From positions 1,213 to 65,212 of the forward strand of contig JAZQYK010000061.1 in NCBI GenBank assembly GCA_045633505.1: DNA of 64,000 nt. Direction: 5' to 3'. Of this stretch, positions 46,855-56,109 are shown in pieces. The notes beneath the pieces were generated by a model. It had not been told where the DNA came from. It made no database searches and saw only the letters and a list, made by a program, of their open reading frames with translations. This DNA comes from Candidatus Fimenecus sp. (GTDB lineage: Bacteria > Bacillota > Clostridia > Oscillospirales > Acutalibacteraceae). A program made the position numbers and the translations under genes. How positions within the stretch are numbered: position 1 is the first letter of the stretch; the number at the start of each line of letters is the position of its first letter.

Positions 46855-47610
46855 ATGTCTTGGCTTGAAGTTAAAAATATTTATAAAAGCTTTGGAAAAA
46901 CAGAAGTCCTTAAGGGTATTGATTTTTCTCTTGAAAAAGGTGAGGTTTTAGCACTTATCGGCTCATCAGGAAGCGGTAAAACAACCTTGCTTCGATGCTT
47001 GAATTTCCTTGAAACTCCTGATGGCGGTACAATCAGCGTTAAAGACGAGGTTTTGTTTGGCGGTGGTGTAAAAACCAAGTTCAATGATGAAGAAATCCGT
47101 CAGAACAGACTCCATTTTGGACTTGTTTTCCAGAATTTCAATTTGTTTCCTCAATATACCGTGCTTAAAAACGTAACGTTGGCACCTTCATTGTTGAAAA
47201 AAGGTACTGATGAAGAAATTAATAAAAAAGCACTTGACCTTATTAAGAGTGTAGGACTTGCTGAAAAAGCAGATTCTTATCCTTGCGAACTTTCGGGCGG
47301 TCAGCAACAACGTGTTGCAATTGCACGTGCGTTGGCACTTTCACCCGACGTTCTTTGCTTTGACGAGCCAACAAGTGCCCTTGACCCTGAACTTACGGGC
47401 GAGGTGCTTCGTGTAATTAAAGAGCTTAAAAACGGTGAGAATACAATGGTGATTGTTACTCACGAAATGAACTTTGCAAAAAACGTATCAGATAAAGTAA
47501 TCTTTATGGCTGATGGTGTCATTGAAGAAATGGGTACACCAACCGATGTGTTTGAAAATCCAAAGAGTCCAAGATTAAAAGAATTTTTAAGCTCATCATT
47601 AAAAGACTGA
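46855..47610 (+). CDS. Amino-acid ABC transporter ATP-binding protein
   Basis: Walker [10 protein letters not shown], the signature [15 protein letters not shown] and Walker [12 protein letters not shown]. Confidence 0.9.
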   Translation: MSWLEVKNIYKSFGKTEVLKGIDFSLEKGEVLALIGSSGSGKTTLLRCLNFLETPDGGTISVKDEVLFGGGVKTKFNDEEIRQNRLHFGLVFQNFNLFPQYTVLKNVTLAPSLLKKGTDEEINKKALDLIKSVGLAEKADSYPCELSGGQQQRVAIARALALSPDVLCFDEPTSALDPELTGEVLRVIKELKNGENTMVIVTHEMNFAKNVSDKVIFMADGVIEEMGTPTDVFENPKSPRLKEFLSSSLKD

Positions 47611-47615
47611 TTTTA

Positions 47616-47645
47616 AATCCTCTGAAGCTATCAGAGGATTTTTTC
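47616..47645 (+). terminator. Rho-independent terminator
   Basis: aatcctctga-agcta-tcagaggatt followed by TTTTT. Confidence 0.75.
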
Positions 47646-47690
47646 TTGTATTATATTTCTTTTTATGTTAAAATAAGTACGGTGATTAAA

Positions 47691-48425
47691 ATGAAAAGAT
47701 TTTTATCAATATTCTTGTCAGTTTTAGTTGCTTTTTCTGTATTATCAATTACAGCAGGAGCAATAAATTCCGTGAAACTAAAACTTGTCAGCGAAACCGA
47801 TTCTGTTTATGCAGGAGACGAGTTTGTGGTTAAACTCAATATTAGTGACAACTCAAAAATGAGCGGTGCGGCAATTGACGTAAACTTTGACAAGTCAAAA
47901 CTTCAATATGTAAGCGGTGCTTACGGGGGAATTCTCGATTCCTCTGCAATAATGAGTATTAAAGACGTTTCAGGTGAAAGGGGGAAGGTGAGATTTACTT
48001 ATCTTTCACAGTCCTCTGAGGTTACCTCTGCAGGTGTTCTCGTTACGCTGAAATTCAAGGCGCTTGAAAATGCTTCGGGTGATACTGAACTTTCAGTTTC
48101 CGTTGAAAATCCGGGTGATTTTATTTCTCTTGATTTAACGAGACTTTCATATACCGTTGAAAATGCAAACGTTAAAATCGTGAATACAAATCCTGTGATA
48201 GAAGAAAGTACCGATGAAGCCGAAAGCGAAAGTCAATCTGAAATTTGGATTGATGCTACGGAAAGCGATACTGATGAAAGCCTTGAAAACAGTAATGAAA
48301 AATCTGATGACGAGGATAACACTAAGTGGGTGTTCGTGGCGATGATTGTTGCAGGGGTGGTAATTCTAGTATCAGTCGTTTCCATCGGCAAATCATCAAA
48401 ACCAAAGAAAAAGAGGAAAAAATAA
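47691..48425 (+). CDS. Secreted cohesin-like domain protein with acidic linker and C-terminal TM anchor plus KKKRKK tail
   Basis: Signal peptide, then a ~140-aa beta-rich module resembling type I cohesins (GDEF.V.L.I........G..IDV.FD...L.Y.....G). D/E/S linker, hydrophobic segment and basic tail. The cohesin assignment is by recall only. Confidence 0.45.
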   Translation: MKRFLSIFLSVLVAFSVLSITAGAINSVKLKLVSETDSVYAGDEFVVKLNISDNSKMSGAAIDVNFDKSKLQYVSGAYGGILDSSAIMSIKDVSGERGKVRFTYLSQSSEVTSAGVLVTLKFKALENASGDTELSVSVENPGDFISLDLTRLSYTVENANVKIVNTNPVIEESTDEAESESQSEIWIDATESDTDESLENSNEKSDDEDNTKWVFVAMIVAGVVILVSVVSIGKSSKPKKKRKK

Positions 48426-48616
48426 TGAAAAATATTATTATTGAAGAATGTCCGTATTGTGGCTCAACAAATCTTACGAAAGGTTACCAGATAAACGAAG
48501 GTATGGTTTACAGAGACAAAATTGTATCTTTCGGTACAACGATTGAGCATACAATCTGTAAGGAATGTGCAAGTATTGTTTACAGCAAGGTTGAAAAACC
48601 TGAAATTCTTAAATAG
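48425..48616 (+). CDS. 63-aa zinc-ribbon protein translationally coupled to the cohesin-like gene
   Basis: TAATG overlap with the upstream stop. CPYC...19 residues..., then a distal C.EC pair (CPYCGS ... CKEC). Confidence 0.5.
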   Translation: MKNIIIEECPYCGSTNLTKGYQINEGMVYRDKIVSFGTTIEHTICKECASIVYSKVEKPEILK

Positions 48617-48660
48617 TCATAGATTTCATTTTTACCGCATATCTATTAGCGGTGATATGA

Positions 48661-48768
48661 ATGAATATAAGTTATGATGAAAAATTAAATATTATTGCGC
48701 ATTTAATCGTCAACGGTTATTTAACCGAAAATCAAATTAAAACAATAATTAAGCGAGGAGTTGTTTAA
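48661..48768 (+). CDS. Possible 35-aa ORF
   Basis: GGTGA 5 nt upstream of the ATG. It encodes MNISYDEKLNIIAHLIVNGYLTENQIKTIIKRGVV and ends inside a terminator-like hairpin (48751-48785). Weak support. Confidence 0.2.
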   Translation: MNISYDEKLNIIAHLIVNGYLTENQIKTIIKRGVV

Positions 48769-48790
48769 CAATTCCTCGCTGATTTTATAT

Positions 48791-49399
48791 TTATGCAATC
48801 GGTTCAAAATCTTCCGCACCGTGTTTACAAAGAGGACAAACAAAATCTTCGGGCAATTCGTCACCCTCATAGACGTATCCGCAAATTTTACAAACGTATC
48901 CTTTTTTCTTTGTTTGTTCAGCTTTTGGCTTGATGTGGTCGAAATAATATTGATACGTTGCTGATGGAACATCCGAAAGGGTTTCTGCTTCGGTAACTTC
49001 TGAAATGAACAACAGGTGAGTACCGCAATCAATAATGTCAATTACCGTGCAGGAAATATAAGCGTTAGTGCCGACACACACGAAATGTGTTCCGTTTTCT
49101 GTGGCGTAGTGGTCGTTAAAACCGTCAAATTTATCCGTATTTTTGCCGCTTGAAAAACCAAAACGTTTAATCAAATCAAACGTTGCTTCAGTTGAAAGCA
49201 CTGAAACGGTAAACTTTTTCGTTCTTTCAATCATTCCGCAGGTGTAGTTAGCCTTGTTGACTGCAATAGTGATTTTTTTAGGTTCGCTCGTTACCTGACA
49301 AGCCGTGTTAATAATACAAGCATTGTCTTTTCCGTCCTCGTTTGCGCTTAAAATGAACAAACCGTAACTAAACCTGAACATCGCTTCATTTTTAATCAT
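48791..49399 (-). CDS. Flavin reductase-like domain fused to a C-terminal rubredoxin (high-molecular-weight rubredoxin type)
   Basis: The N-terminal FMN-binding split barrel is flavin-reductase-like. The C-terminal [19 protein letters not shown] is a rubredoxin. The ATG at 49399 follows GGAG. Confidence 0.78.
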   Translation of the reverse strand: MIKNEAMFRFSYGLFILSANEDGKDNACIINTACQVTSEPKKITIAVNKANYTCGMIERTKKFTVSVLSTEATFDLIKRFGFSSGKNTDKFDGFNDHYATENGTHFVCVGTNAYISCTVIDIIDCGTHLLFISEVTEAETLSDVPSATYQYYFDHIKPKAEQTKKKGYVCKICGYVYEGDELPEDFVCPLCKHGAEDFEPIA

Positions 49400-49562
49400 A
49401 AAAATCAACTCCAATTCTTTATGCAAATATTATAACACAAAAAACAAGATATGTACATAAATATTTATTCGACAGAATTTATTAAACATTGACATTTTTC
49501 GGTAAATATGGTATCTTTGTCTATGTAATTTAGTGCATTAAATTGCAAAAGGAGATGTAAAA

Positions 49563-51347
49563 ATGAAAAAGAGATTTCATTCGAAAACCTTAGTTGCATT
49601 GGCAATTTCAGTTTTACTTATTTGCGGTATGACTATTTTTGCTTTTGCAAGTGACGGTGAAACAGCGGCAAAGATGATTGATTGCTCTTCTTGTGAGGGC
49701 TCAGGTTATGCGGCTGTTTGCGGTGATTGTGAAGGAACGAATATTGTTTGCTCAGATTGTTCTGTTGCTACCAATGTTTGTGCTGACTGTGAAGGCACGG
49801 GTCAGGTTGAAGCGCCAACAAGATTTTATTCAAGTCTTTGGTCACTTCTTCCACCGGTAATTGCTATTGCTCTTGCACTTATCACTAAAGAAGTTTATTC
49901 TTCACTCTTTATTGGTATTGTCGTGGGCGGCCTTTTATATGCAGAAGGCAATTTCGTAGGTACAATTACACACGTATTCAGCGACGGCTTTGTTGCAAAT
50001 ATTGCAGACTCTTACAATATGGGTATTATTATATTCCTTATTGTTCTTGGCGCAATGGTTTCAATGATGAATAAAGCAGGCGGTTCTGCCGCGTTCGGCC
50101 GTTGGGCTAAAACACACATTAAATCAAGAGTAGGCGCACAGCTTGCGACAGTTCTCTTTGGTTGTATGATTTTTATTGACGACTACTTTAACTGTCTTAC
50201 AGTAGGTTCAGTTATGAGACCTGTTACAGACAGTCACAAGGTTTCTCGCGCAAAACTTGCATATCTTATTGACGCTACTGCGGCACCTGTTTGTATTATC
50301 GCGCCCGTTTCTTCGTGGGCAGCAGCCGTTGCAGGCTTTGTTGCAGAAGAAGAGGTTAGCGGATTCCAGCTTTTCCTCAGCGCAATTCCTTATAACTTCT
50401 ATGCACTTCTCACAATCGTAATGATGGTTGCAATTACAGTTATGAAGTTCGATTACGGTAAGATGAGAATTCATGAAGAGAATGCTCTTAATGGTGACCT
50501 TTTCACAAGTGATTCAGAATCATTTAAGGATTCTACTGATGACTCAAACGTAAATCCAAAGGGTAAGGTTATTGACCTTATTCTCCCTGTTGTTGCACTT
50601 ATTATTGCTTGCGTTATTGGTTTGATTTATTCAGGCGGCTTCTTTGATGCTGAAAGCGGCGCATACCATAACGTTATTGAGGCATTCTCAGGTGCTGACG
50701 CGTCCGTTGGTCTTCTTTACGGTTCATTCTGTACGCTTATCATTACAATTGCATATTTTATGCTTCGCCGTGTAATTACTTTCGAGGATTGTATGGATTC
50801 TGTTCCTGAAGGCTTCAAAGCAATGGTTCCTGCTATTATGATTCTTGCTTGTGCATGGACTCTTAAAGCTATGACAGACAGCCTTGGTGCAAAAGAATTT
50901 ATCGCAGGCATTGTTGAGACAACGGCAGGTACGTTTGCAAACTTCCTTCCTGCAGTAATCTTCCTTATTGCAGTTGGTCTTTCATTTGCAACGGGTACGT
51001 CTTGGGGTACTTTTGGTATTCTCATTCCTCTTGTTCTCAGCGTGTTCCCATACAGCAGCGGTCCAATCTCTGTTATCGCTATTTCTGCTTGTATGGCTGG
51101 TGCAGTTTGCGGTGACCATTGCTCACCGATTTCTGACACGACTATTATGGCAAGTGCAGGTAGCCAGAGTAACCACATTAACCACGTTTCAACTCAGTTA
51201 CCTTATGCATTAACGGTTGCAGGTGTATCATTCGTAACATACATTATTGCAGGCTTTGTACAGTCAGTAATAGCACTTCCAATCGGTATTGCTCTTATGC
51301 TTGGCACACTCTTTGTAATTAAAGCATTTTCTAAAAAGAAAGCATAA
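49563..51347 (+). CDS. Na+/H+ antiporter NhaC-family transporter with an N-terminal signal/anchor and a 4x CxxC (DnaJ-like zinc finger) module
   Basis: About 500-aa polytopic core resembling the NhaC family (..GGSAAFG.W, ..FIDDYFN.LTVG, CGDHCSPISDTT). The N-terminal CSSCEGSG..CGDCEGT..CSDC..CADCEGTG module lies at 49683-49802. Confidence 0.72.
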   Translation: MKKRFHSKTLVALAISVLLICGMTIFAFASDGETAAKMIDCSSCEGSGYAAVCGDCEGTNIVCSDCSVATNVCADCEGTGQVEAPTRFYSSLWSLLPPVIAIALALITKEVYSSLFIGIVVGGLLYAEGNFVGTITHVFSDGFVANIADSYNMGIIIFLIVLGAMVSMMNKAGGSAAFGRWAKTHIKSRVGAQLATVLFGCMIFIDDYFNCLTVGSVMRPVTDSHKVSRAKLAYLIDATAAPVCIIAPVSSWAAAVAGFVAEEEVSGFQLFLSAIPYNFYALLTIVMMVAITVMKFDYGKMRIHEENALNGDLFTSDSESFKDSTDDSNVNPKGKVIDLILPVVALIIACVIGLIYSGGFFDAESGAYHNVIEAFSGADASVGLLYGSFCTLIITIAYFMLRRVITFEDCMDSVPEGFKAMVPAIMILACAWTLKAMTDSLGAKEFIAGIVETTAGTFANFLPAVIFLIAVGLSFATGTSWGTFGILIPLVLSVFPYSSGPISVIAISACMAGAVCGDHCSPISDTTIMASAGSQSNHINHVSTQLPYALTVAGVSFVTYIIAGFVQSVIALPIGIALMLGTLFVIKAFSKKKA

Positions 51348-51362
51348 GCTAAAATAAAAGTA

Positions 51363-51401
51363 AGAACCTTGTCTCAATTAAGAGGCAAGGTTCTTTTTTT
51401 A
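51363..51401. terminator. Terminator between convergent genes
   Basis: agaaccttgtctc / gaggcaaggttct stem followed by TTTTTTT. Confidence 0.75.
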
Positions 51402-52964
51402 ATATGTAAATACGTATGAATACTTTTCGTTGAATTCAAATTCAGCCTGTAATTTTTCATCTTTTTCATAGAACGTACAATCACTTACACCGCTGATATT
51501 ATATTGCAGTTTTGAAACGTATCCGTCATTGTTAATTACAAACATTGCTGAATAAGGGGAGTAATAAGTCTTGTAATCACCAACCGACTCGGAATAATCA
51601 AACTCAAAACCGTTTACAAGCGTGTTAACAGATGCCTGAGGCTGACTTTTTTTCGTTTCGGTAGCTTTTAAGTTGAATACTATTACGTAACCGCCGCTGC
51701 CTTTTGTGGCCGTATAGCTTTCAACGTCACTTTCATTTAATGAAGGATTGTTGCTCATCGGAGGAACAAAATCATAGAATGAAGATGTTTCATCAGCACC
51801 GTTTTTGAAGGTTCTCGTTTGCTGACGTGTGCCGTTTGCCTGGTCAAGCAGTTGGTTGACTTGTGACTTTGTAATTTCGTTTGCAGTATTGATTTTTGTT
51901 TCCGATTCAAAGGAGGTCATATCAATATTGATATTTTTTGTCAGCACGGCTGTGGCATCGCCTTTGTAATTCTTCGTTTTATTGATAGCGCTGATAACGA
52001 TTTTTATTGCATCGTTTAAAGGCATTTGCTCGTCAGCTTTATTCGTTGAAAGCGGGATATCACTATTGTCGATAAAGCCTGAATTGTCGTCACCGAAAAG
52101 CAGGTCAAAAGCAAAATCGTCACTTACTGAATACTCGGTTTCAAAAATCTTGATTTCGGTGTCGAATTTCACGTTGATTTCTTTGTCAACGTTAAGCTTG
52201 TTATAAATATTGGTCTGCGTAGTACGAACTTCCTGAAGAGTTTCGCTGAGTCTTAATATAACCGTTAATCCGTCATACATATTGTTGATTGCAGAAGCAA
52301 CGACTGATGAATCGTTTGTTGCAAAGCCGTTGCATACGGATTTCAACTCTTTAACAATTTTATCGTGAGCAGTTCTGAATTCGGAAATCATATATTCCTG
52401 AGGGTCGAATTCACTATAATCAAAGGCACTTGCTTGTTTGTAAATGTCTTCAAAATTGGAAAAATCGCCGCTTTTTGTGTATTCTTGAAGTTGCTTGTGA
52501 AGGTCTTCAAGATAACCGTCATTGTTAACGTTGCTCATTAAAGCATACAATTCGCGGTAACGCATAAAATCGTTAGATTCGGCGTAAAAACGCATATTGG
52601 CATATTCTTGATATCTTTCATTACTTTCGTCGATGGAAAGCAATGAGGCTATATTCCAGAGCTTTCTGCAAGTATCAGTGAAATCGCTGTCATAGGCTGT
52701 CAACGTGTAAGGCTTTGTAAAATCTATTTTTTCGTTTTCACATACAGAATTAAACTCAGTGAGTATTATATTTTCAACTTGTGCTGAAATCTCGTTTAAC
52801 TCGTTGATTTCAAGTTCGGATATGTATTTCTGACACTCGTTATATTTTTTTTCAGAAATGAATTGCTGTATTGTGTTTATGTTTTTGTCACTTGCTTTTG
52901 TACAAGAAGAAAAAATTAAAATACAACAAAGTATAAGAGAAATAAATTTTAAAACTTTTTTCAT
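51399..52964 (-). CDS. Hypothetical 521-aa lipoprotein
   Basis: Signal peptide with lipobox (ILIFSSC TK). The N-terminal half looks helical and the C-terminal half beta-rich. No family recognised. Confidence 0.55.
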   Translation of the reverse strand: MKKVLKFISLILCCILIFSSCTKASDKNINTIQQFISEKKYNECQKYISELEINELNEISAQVENIILTEFNSVCENEKIDFTKPYTLTAYDSDFTDTCRKLWNIASLLSIDESNERYQEYANMRFYAESNDFMRYRELYALMSNVNNDGYLEDLHKQLQEYTKSGDFSNFEDIYKQASAFDYSEFDPQEYMISEFRTAHDKIVKELKSVCNGFATNDSSVVASAINNMYDGLTVILRLSETLQEVRTTQTNIYNKLNVDKEINVKFDTEIKIFETEYSVSDDFAFDLLFGDDNSGFIDNSDIPLSTNKADEQMPLNDAIKIVISAINKTKNYKGDATAVLTKNINIDMTSFESETKINTANEITKSQVNQLLDQANGTRQQTRTFKNGADETSSFYDFVPPMSNNPSLNESDVESYTATKGSGGYVIVFNLKATETKKSQPQASVNTLVNGFEFDYSESVGDYKTYYSPYSAMFVINNDGYVSKLQYNISGVSDCTFYEKDEKLQAEFEFNEKYSYVFTY

Positions 52965-53017
52965 TTTATCACCGATATAAATTTACCATAAACTAAGGAA
53001 AGTGTCAATTAAAGTCA

Positions 53018-53048
53018 AAAAAATAAGGGTATGAAAACATACCCTTAA
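53018..53048 (-). terminator. Rho-independent terminator after the M28 peptidase gene
   Basis: taagggtatg-aaaa-catacccTTa with an A-run on the plus strand (T-run on the minus strand). Confidence 0.6.
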
Positions 53049-53056
53049 TAAATTAT

Positions 53057-54400
53057 TTATTTCTTTTGAGGACCGTTATAGCCGTTAGTTTCTTGGAAAT
53101 CAGCAATTTTATCAATAACGCTGAGCACAACCTCAAAGCCTCTGCCAACAGTTGACTCCATTTCAAAGCGTTCTGCTCTGTCGTGGAAGGTGTGGTAGTA
53201 CCAAGTGAGCATAGGGTTCTGTGCAGCAAAAGTAACAGATTTAATACCTGCTCTGGTCATTGGTGTGCTGTCGCAACCGCCAACAGGATTGTGAATACAG
53301 CCGTTTGTTTTGCTTTCAATACCCATTTCGTTGAACGTATCCTTGAACATCTTTTCAAGGTCAGTATCAAAACGGCAACCCTGCCAGTCATCTTTAATAA
53401 CAACTTCAAAGTAATCTTCGTCAGCAACTGAGTCGATATTGATATTCCAGGCATTCTTTGTTAAATCGTCGTTTCTGTGCTTGTGAGTGAATGCCATTGA
53501 GCCACGAAGACCTGCTTCTTCTGAACCGCAGTTGCAGTCAACGATACGGCAGTTTTTAGGCATTTTATCAGGGTTTTCTTTGAAGTACTTAATAACTGCA
53601 TAACTTAATGCGCAGCCTGTTGCATTGTCCATTGCACCTTTCGAAGCCATTTCTTCGTCTCCATCATTCCACATTGTGACAAATGCACTGCCGATAACAG
53701 TAACAACAGGTAAGAAGTTAAGAATTGTTGTGAAAATGTTGAATGATACTGAATTACCGTCAATCTTATTAACTGCCCAATCAACACCAAGCAAATTTGC
53801 ACCATAAATCACTGCCATAGCAACTGAAATGCCAATCATAAGGAATACACAAACAGCGCCGAAACCAACTTTACCATAAGTTGTAATAAGACCATAAATT
53901 GGCTTTTCAGGGTATTTAGATGCATTTTCTGAATGCTTCCAGTTCCAGCTTGTGTCAGTATGACCTGAAAGGATGATTGTGTAATCATATTTTTCGTCTT
54001 CAGGAACTAATTCACCATAAACGTTCTGTGAAATCTTCTGCTTGAAGAACATATCAAACCATGGTTTGTAAAGGAAACAGCTAAACACAAGCCATATTAC
54101 CATTGCAATACCAATAAATGCCATAGCAAACCATACATGATAATTATCAAGTGCAAAATATGTAAGTGCACTTAAAATAATACCAACCCAACCGGCATAA
54201 GGGAGTCCGCCGATGCTAGAACGTGGAGAAACTGCAAATTCCTCTTTCTTTGCTTTAATGCCGATTTTTTCAAGTTTTTCACCCATATAGTCAGCATATT
54301 TTCTTTCGCCTTCAGAGCCGGGGAGACGAGAGCCCATATTTTCGGCATCTTTAACTATATCCCAGGCTTCTTGGACATACTTTCTTGATTCCTCTTTCAT
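53057..54400 (-). CDS. M28-family metallopeptidase with an internal multi-helix membrane insertion
   Basis: GSEGE..A..Y, GAMDNATGCA and GSEEAGLRGS motifs of M28 aminopeptidases. About 4 hydrophobic helices lie between residues ~70 and 250. The ATG at 54400 follows GGAGG. Confidence 0.62.
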   Translation of the reverse strand: MKEESRKYVQEAWDIVKDAENMGSRLPGSEGERKYADYMGEKLEKIGIKAKKEEFAVSPRSSIGGLPYAGWVGIILSALTYFALDNYHVWFAMAFIGIAMVIWLVFSCFLYKPWFDMFFKQKISQNVYGELVPEDEKYDYTIILSGHTDTSWNWKHSENASKYPEKPIYGLITTYGKVGFGAVCVFLMIGISVAMAVIYGANLLGVDWAVNKIDGNSVSFNIFTTILNFLPVVTVIGSAFVTMWNDGDEEMASKGAMDNATGCALSYAVIKYFKENPDKMPKNCRIVDCNCGSEEAGLRGSMAFTHKHRNDDLTKNAWNINIDSVADEDYFEVVIKDDWQGCRFDTDLEKMFKDTFNEMGIESKTNGCIHNPVGGCDSTPMTRAGIKSVTFAAQNPMLTWYYHTFHDRAERFEMESTVGRGFEVVLSVIDKIADFQETNGYNGPQKK

Positions 54401-54468
54401 TGTAAAACCTCCAATGTGCAATATACAATATATGTTACATTATTTTACAATTAAAATCAAGAGAATTT

Positions 54469-56079
54469 TTATAAGTAATCATTGAAATCAACTAATTCAT
54501 CATCGGTAACAGTGGATGGATATTTGTTTTGTGGATACACATAATTGGGATTTTTAACTACAGCATAATATCTGTCCGTACTTCTTAACCAATATTTATC
54601 AAATGGATTATTGATTTCAAAAATTGTGTTTTGTGCATATTCGTGTTGATACCATATTTCCTCGTCCGTTGTTGATGGTGTTATGGTGTGAGCTATATAG
54701 GCACGATGATTTTTTGCATTTTCAGTTGGTGTGAAAATATAATATAAGTCTTTATAATATTCGTCTGAAACGGTTCCGCTATAAATAGGAACAATTTCTT
54801 GAGAAACACCATCTATATCACATAGCATTTTGCAAAATACATCTTTTGTATTCTCTTTATAACCGTCTATAAACAACTCTGTGTGGAGTGTTTGGTCGAA
54901 ATATTCAAATCTATCAACTACCATTAACACCCGCATTTGTAAAGGATTGCTTTCTGTTTCGGGAATTGTGAAAACATAAGACATATAATGAGACTGGGTT
55001 AAATCCTCTTCCGCTTTATCGGCAAGAGGATTATAAGGCTCATCTTTTTCATATATATCAAGCTCTGTTGCTGACTTGTATTTGAGAATTTCACTTTCAG
55101 GCAAATCGTATGCGACATTTTCAGGTAATCTCATTTCAATCAGTTTGTTTCTTATTTCAGTAGCATCTTCCTCTGTATCATTAATCGAATATTCAACAGG
55201 TGGATAATGTGGAATAAAGCTGTCTGAAACAGTAAAACATACTGTTGCAACAAATAACAATGCAAAAATCAATGCTATCTTTTTTCTTGAAAGAAATTTT
55301 ATTGGAACACCTGTTTCAAGATAATCAATATCTTTTACAGTAGTATAGATTACTGCAATGGGTAAGAGGTTTATTAAAAATCCAAACAACAACCCAATAA
55401 AAGACCAATTATAATCTATAAGTGTAAATTCAGAAAGAATAGCTAATCCTATGCTAATAATCATAGCAGGAATTGAAGCATAAGCTAACCGGAAATCTTC
55501 TTTTGGTTCTTCAAGTTCCTTTTTGACCTTTATAAGACCAATAATAATCAGAGTATAAATTATTCCATACATCACTTGGCTTGATAAAGCGATACATATA
55601 TTGACCGTTCTGTCAAGAAGAATACTGTATTGAATAAAAAACAGAATAACTTGCAATATTCCACTGATTAGTGAAGTAATAAAAGCAGCATTTAATGTTT
55701 TATTGATTTTTCTTATTCTTGTCAGTGAACAGAACAATAAAAAGGTGAGAAGATATAAAAAATCAATACCTCTTATGCTTATTGAAAATATAAATAATAA
55801 AGGAAATGCAACCATCCACGCTGATTGCTTGAAATATTGTTCTGAGGATATAGGGTAAAGCTGTCTGAAGGTTTCTGCAACCGCTTCACTATCACCCATG
55901 TGAGAAACAGCATCTTTCTGAGCATCTTCATCACTCATACCAAGAGCAATATTTCTCTCATATATTTCAATAAGGTGAGAGAATAACTCATCTTTTAATT
56001 CTCGTTTAATTCTTTTGTCGTGTATTCCTTTTGACGCAGTATTTATATATGTGTTTATGATATTCAGTTCATTTTTCAT
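54469..56079 (-). CDS. Uncharacterised multi-pass membrane protein: N-terminal helical 'permease prefix'-type module, ~7 TM segments, ~270-aa C-terminal domain (paralog B)
   Basis: The N-terminus RELKDELFSHLIEIYERNIALGMSDEDAQKDAVSHMGDSEAVAETF is the type commonly found downstream of PadR genes. Shares DLPESEILKY and RAYIAHT motifs with the upstream paralog. Confidence 0.6.
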   Translation of the reverse strand: MKNELNIINTYINTASKGIHDKRIKRELKDELFSHLIEIYERNIALGMSDEDAQKDAVSHMGDSEAVAETFRQLYPISSEQYFKQSAWMVAFPLLFIFSISIRGIDFLYLLTFLLFCSLTRIRKINKTLNAAFITSLISGILQVILFFIQYSILLDRTVNICIALSSQVMYGIIYTLIIIGLIKVKKELEEPKEDFRLAYASIPAMIISIGLAILSEFTLIDYNWSFIGLLFGFLINLLPIAVIYTTVKDIDYLETGVPIKFLSRKKIALIFALLFVATVCFTVSDSFIPHYPPVEYSINDTEEDATEIRNKLIEMRLPENVAYDLPESEILKYKSATELDIYEKDEPYNPLADKAEEDLTQSHYMSYVFTIPETESNPLQMRVLMVVDRFEYFDQTLHTELFIDGYKENTKDVFCKMLCDIDGVSQEIVPIYSGTVSDEYYKDLYYIFTPTENAKNHRAYIAHTITPSTTDEEIWYQHEYAQNTIFEINNPFDKYWLRSTDRYYAVVKNPNYVYPQNKYPSTVTDDELVDFNDYL

Positions 56080-56109
56080 ACTCCACCTTCTTTCAATAAA
56101 AAATTCAGG

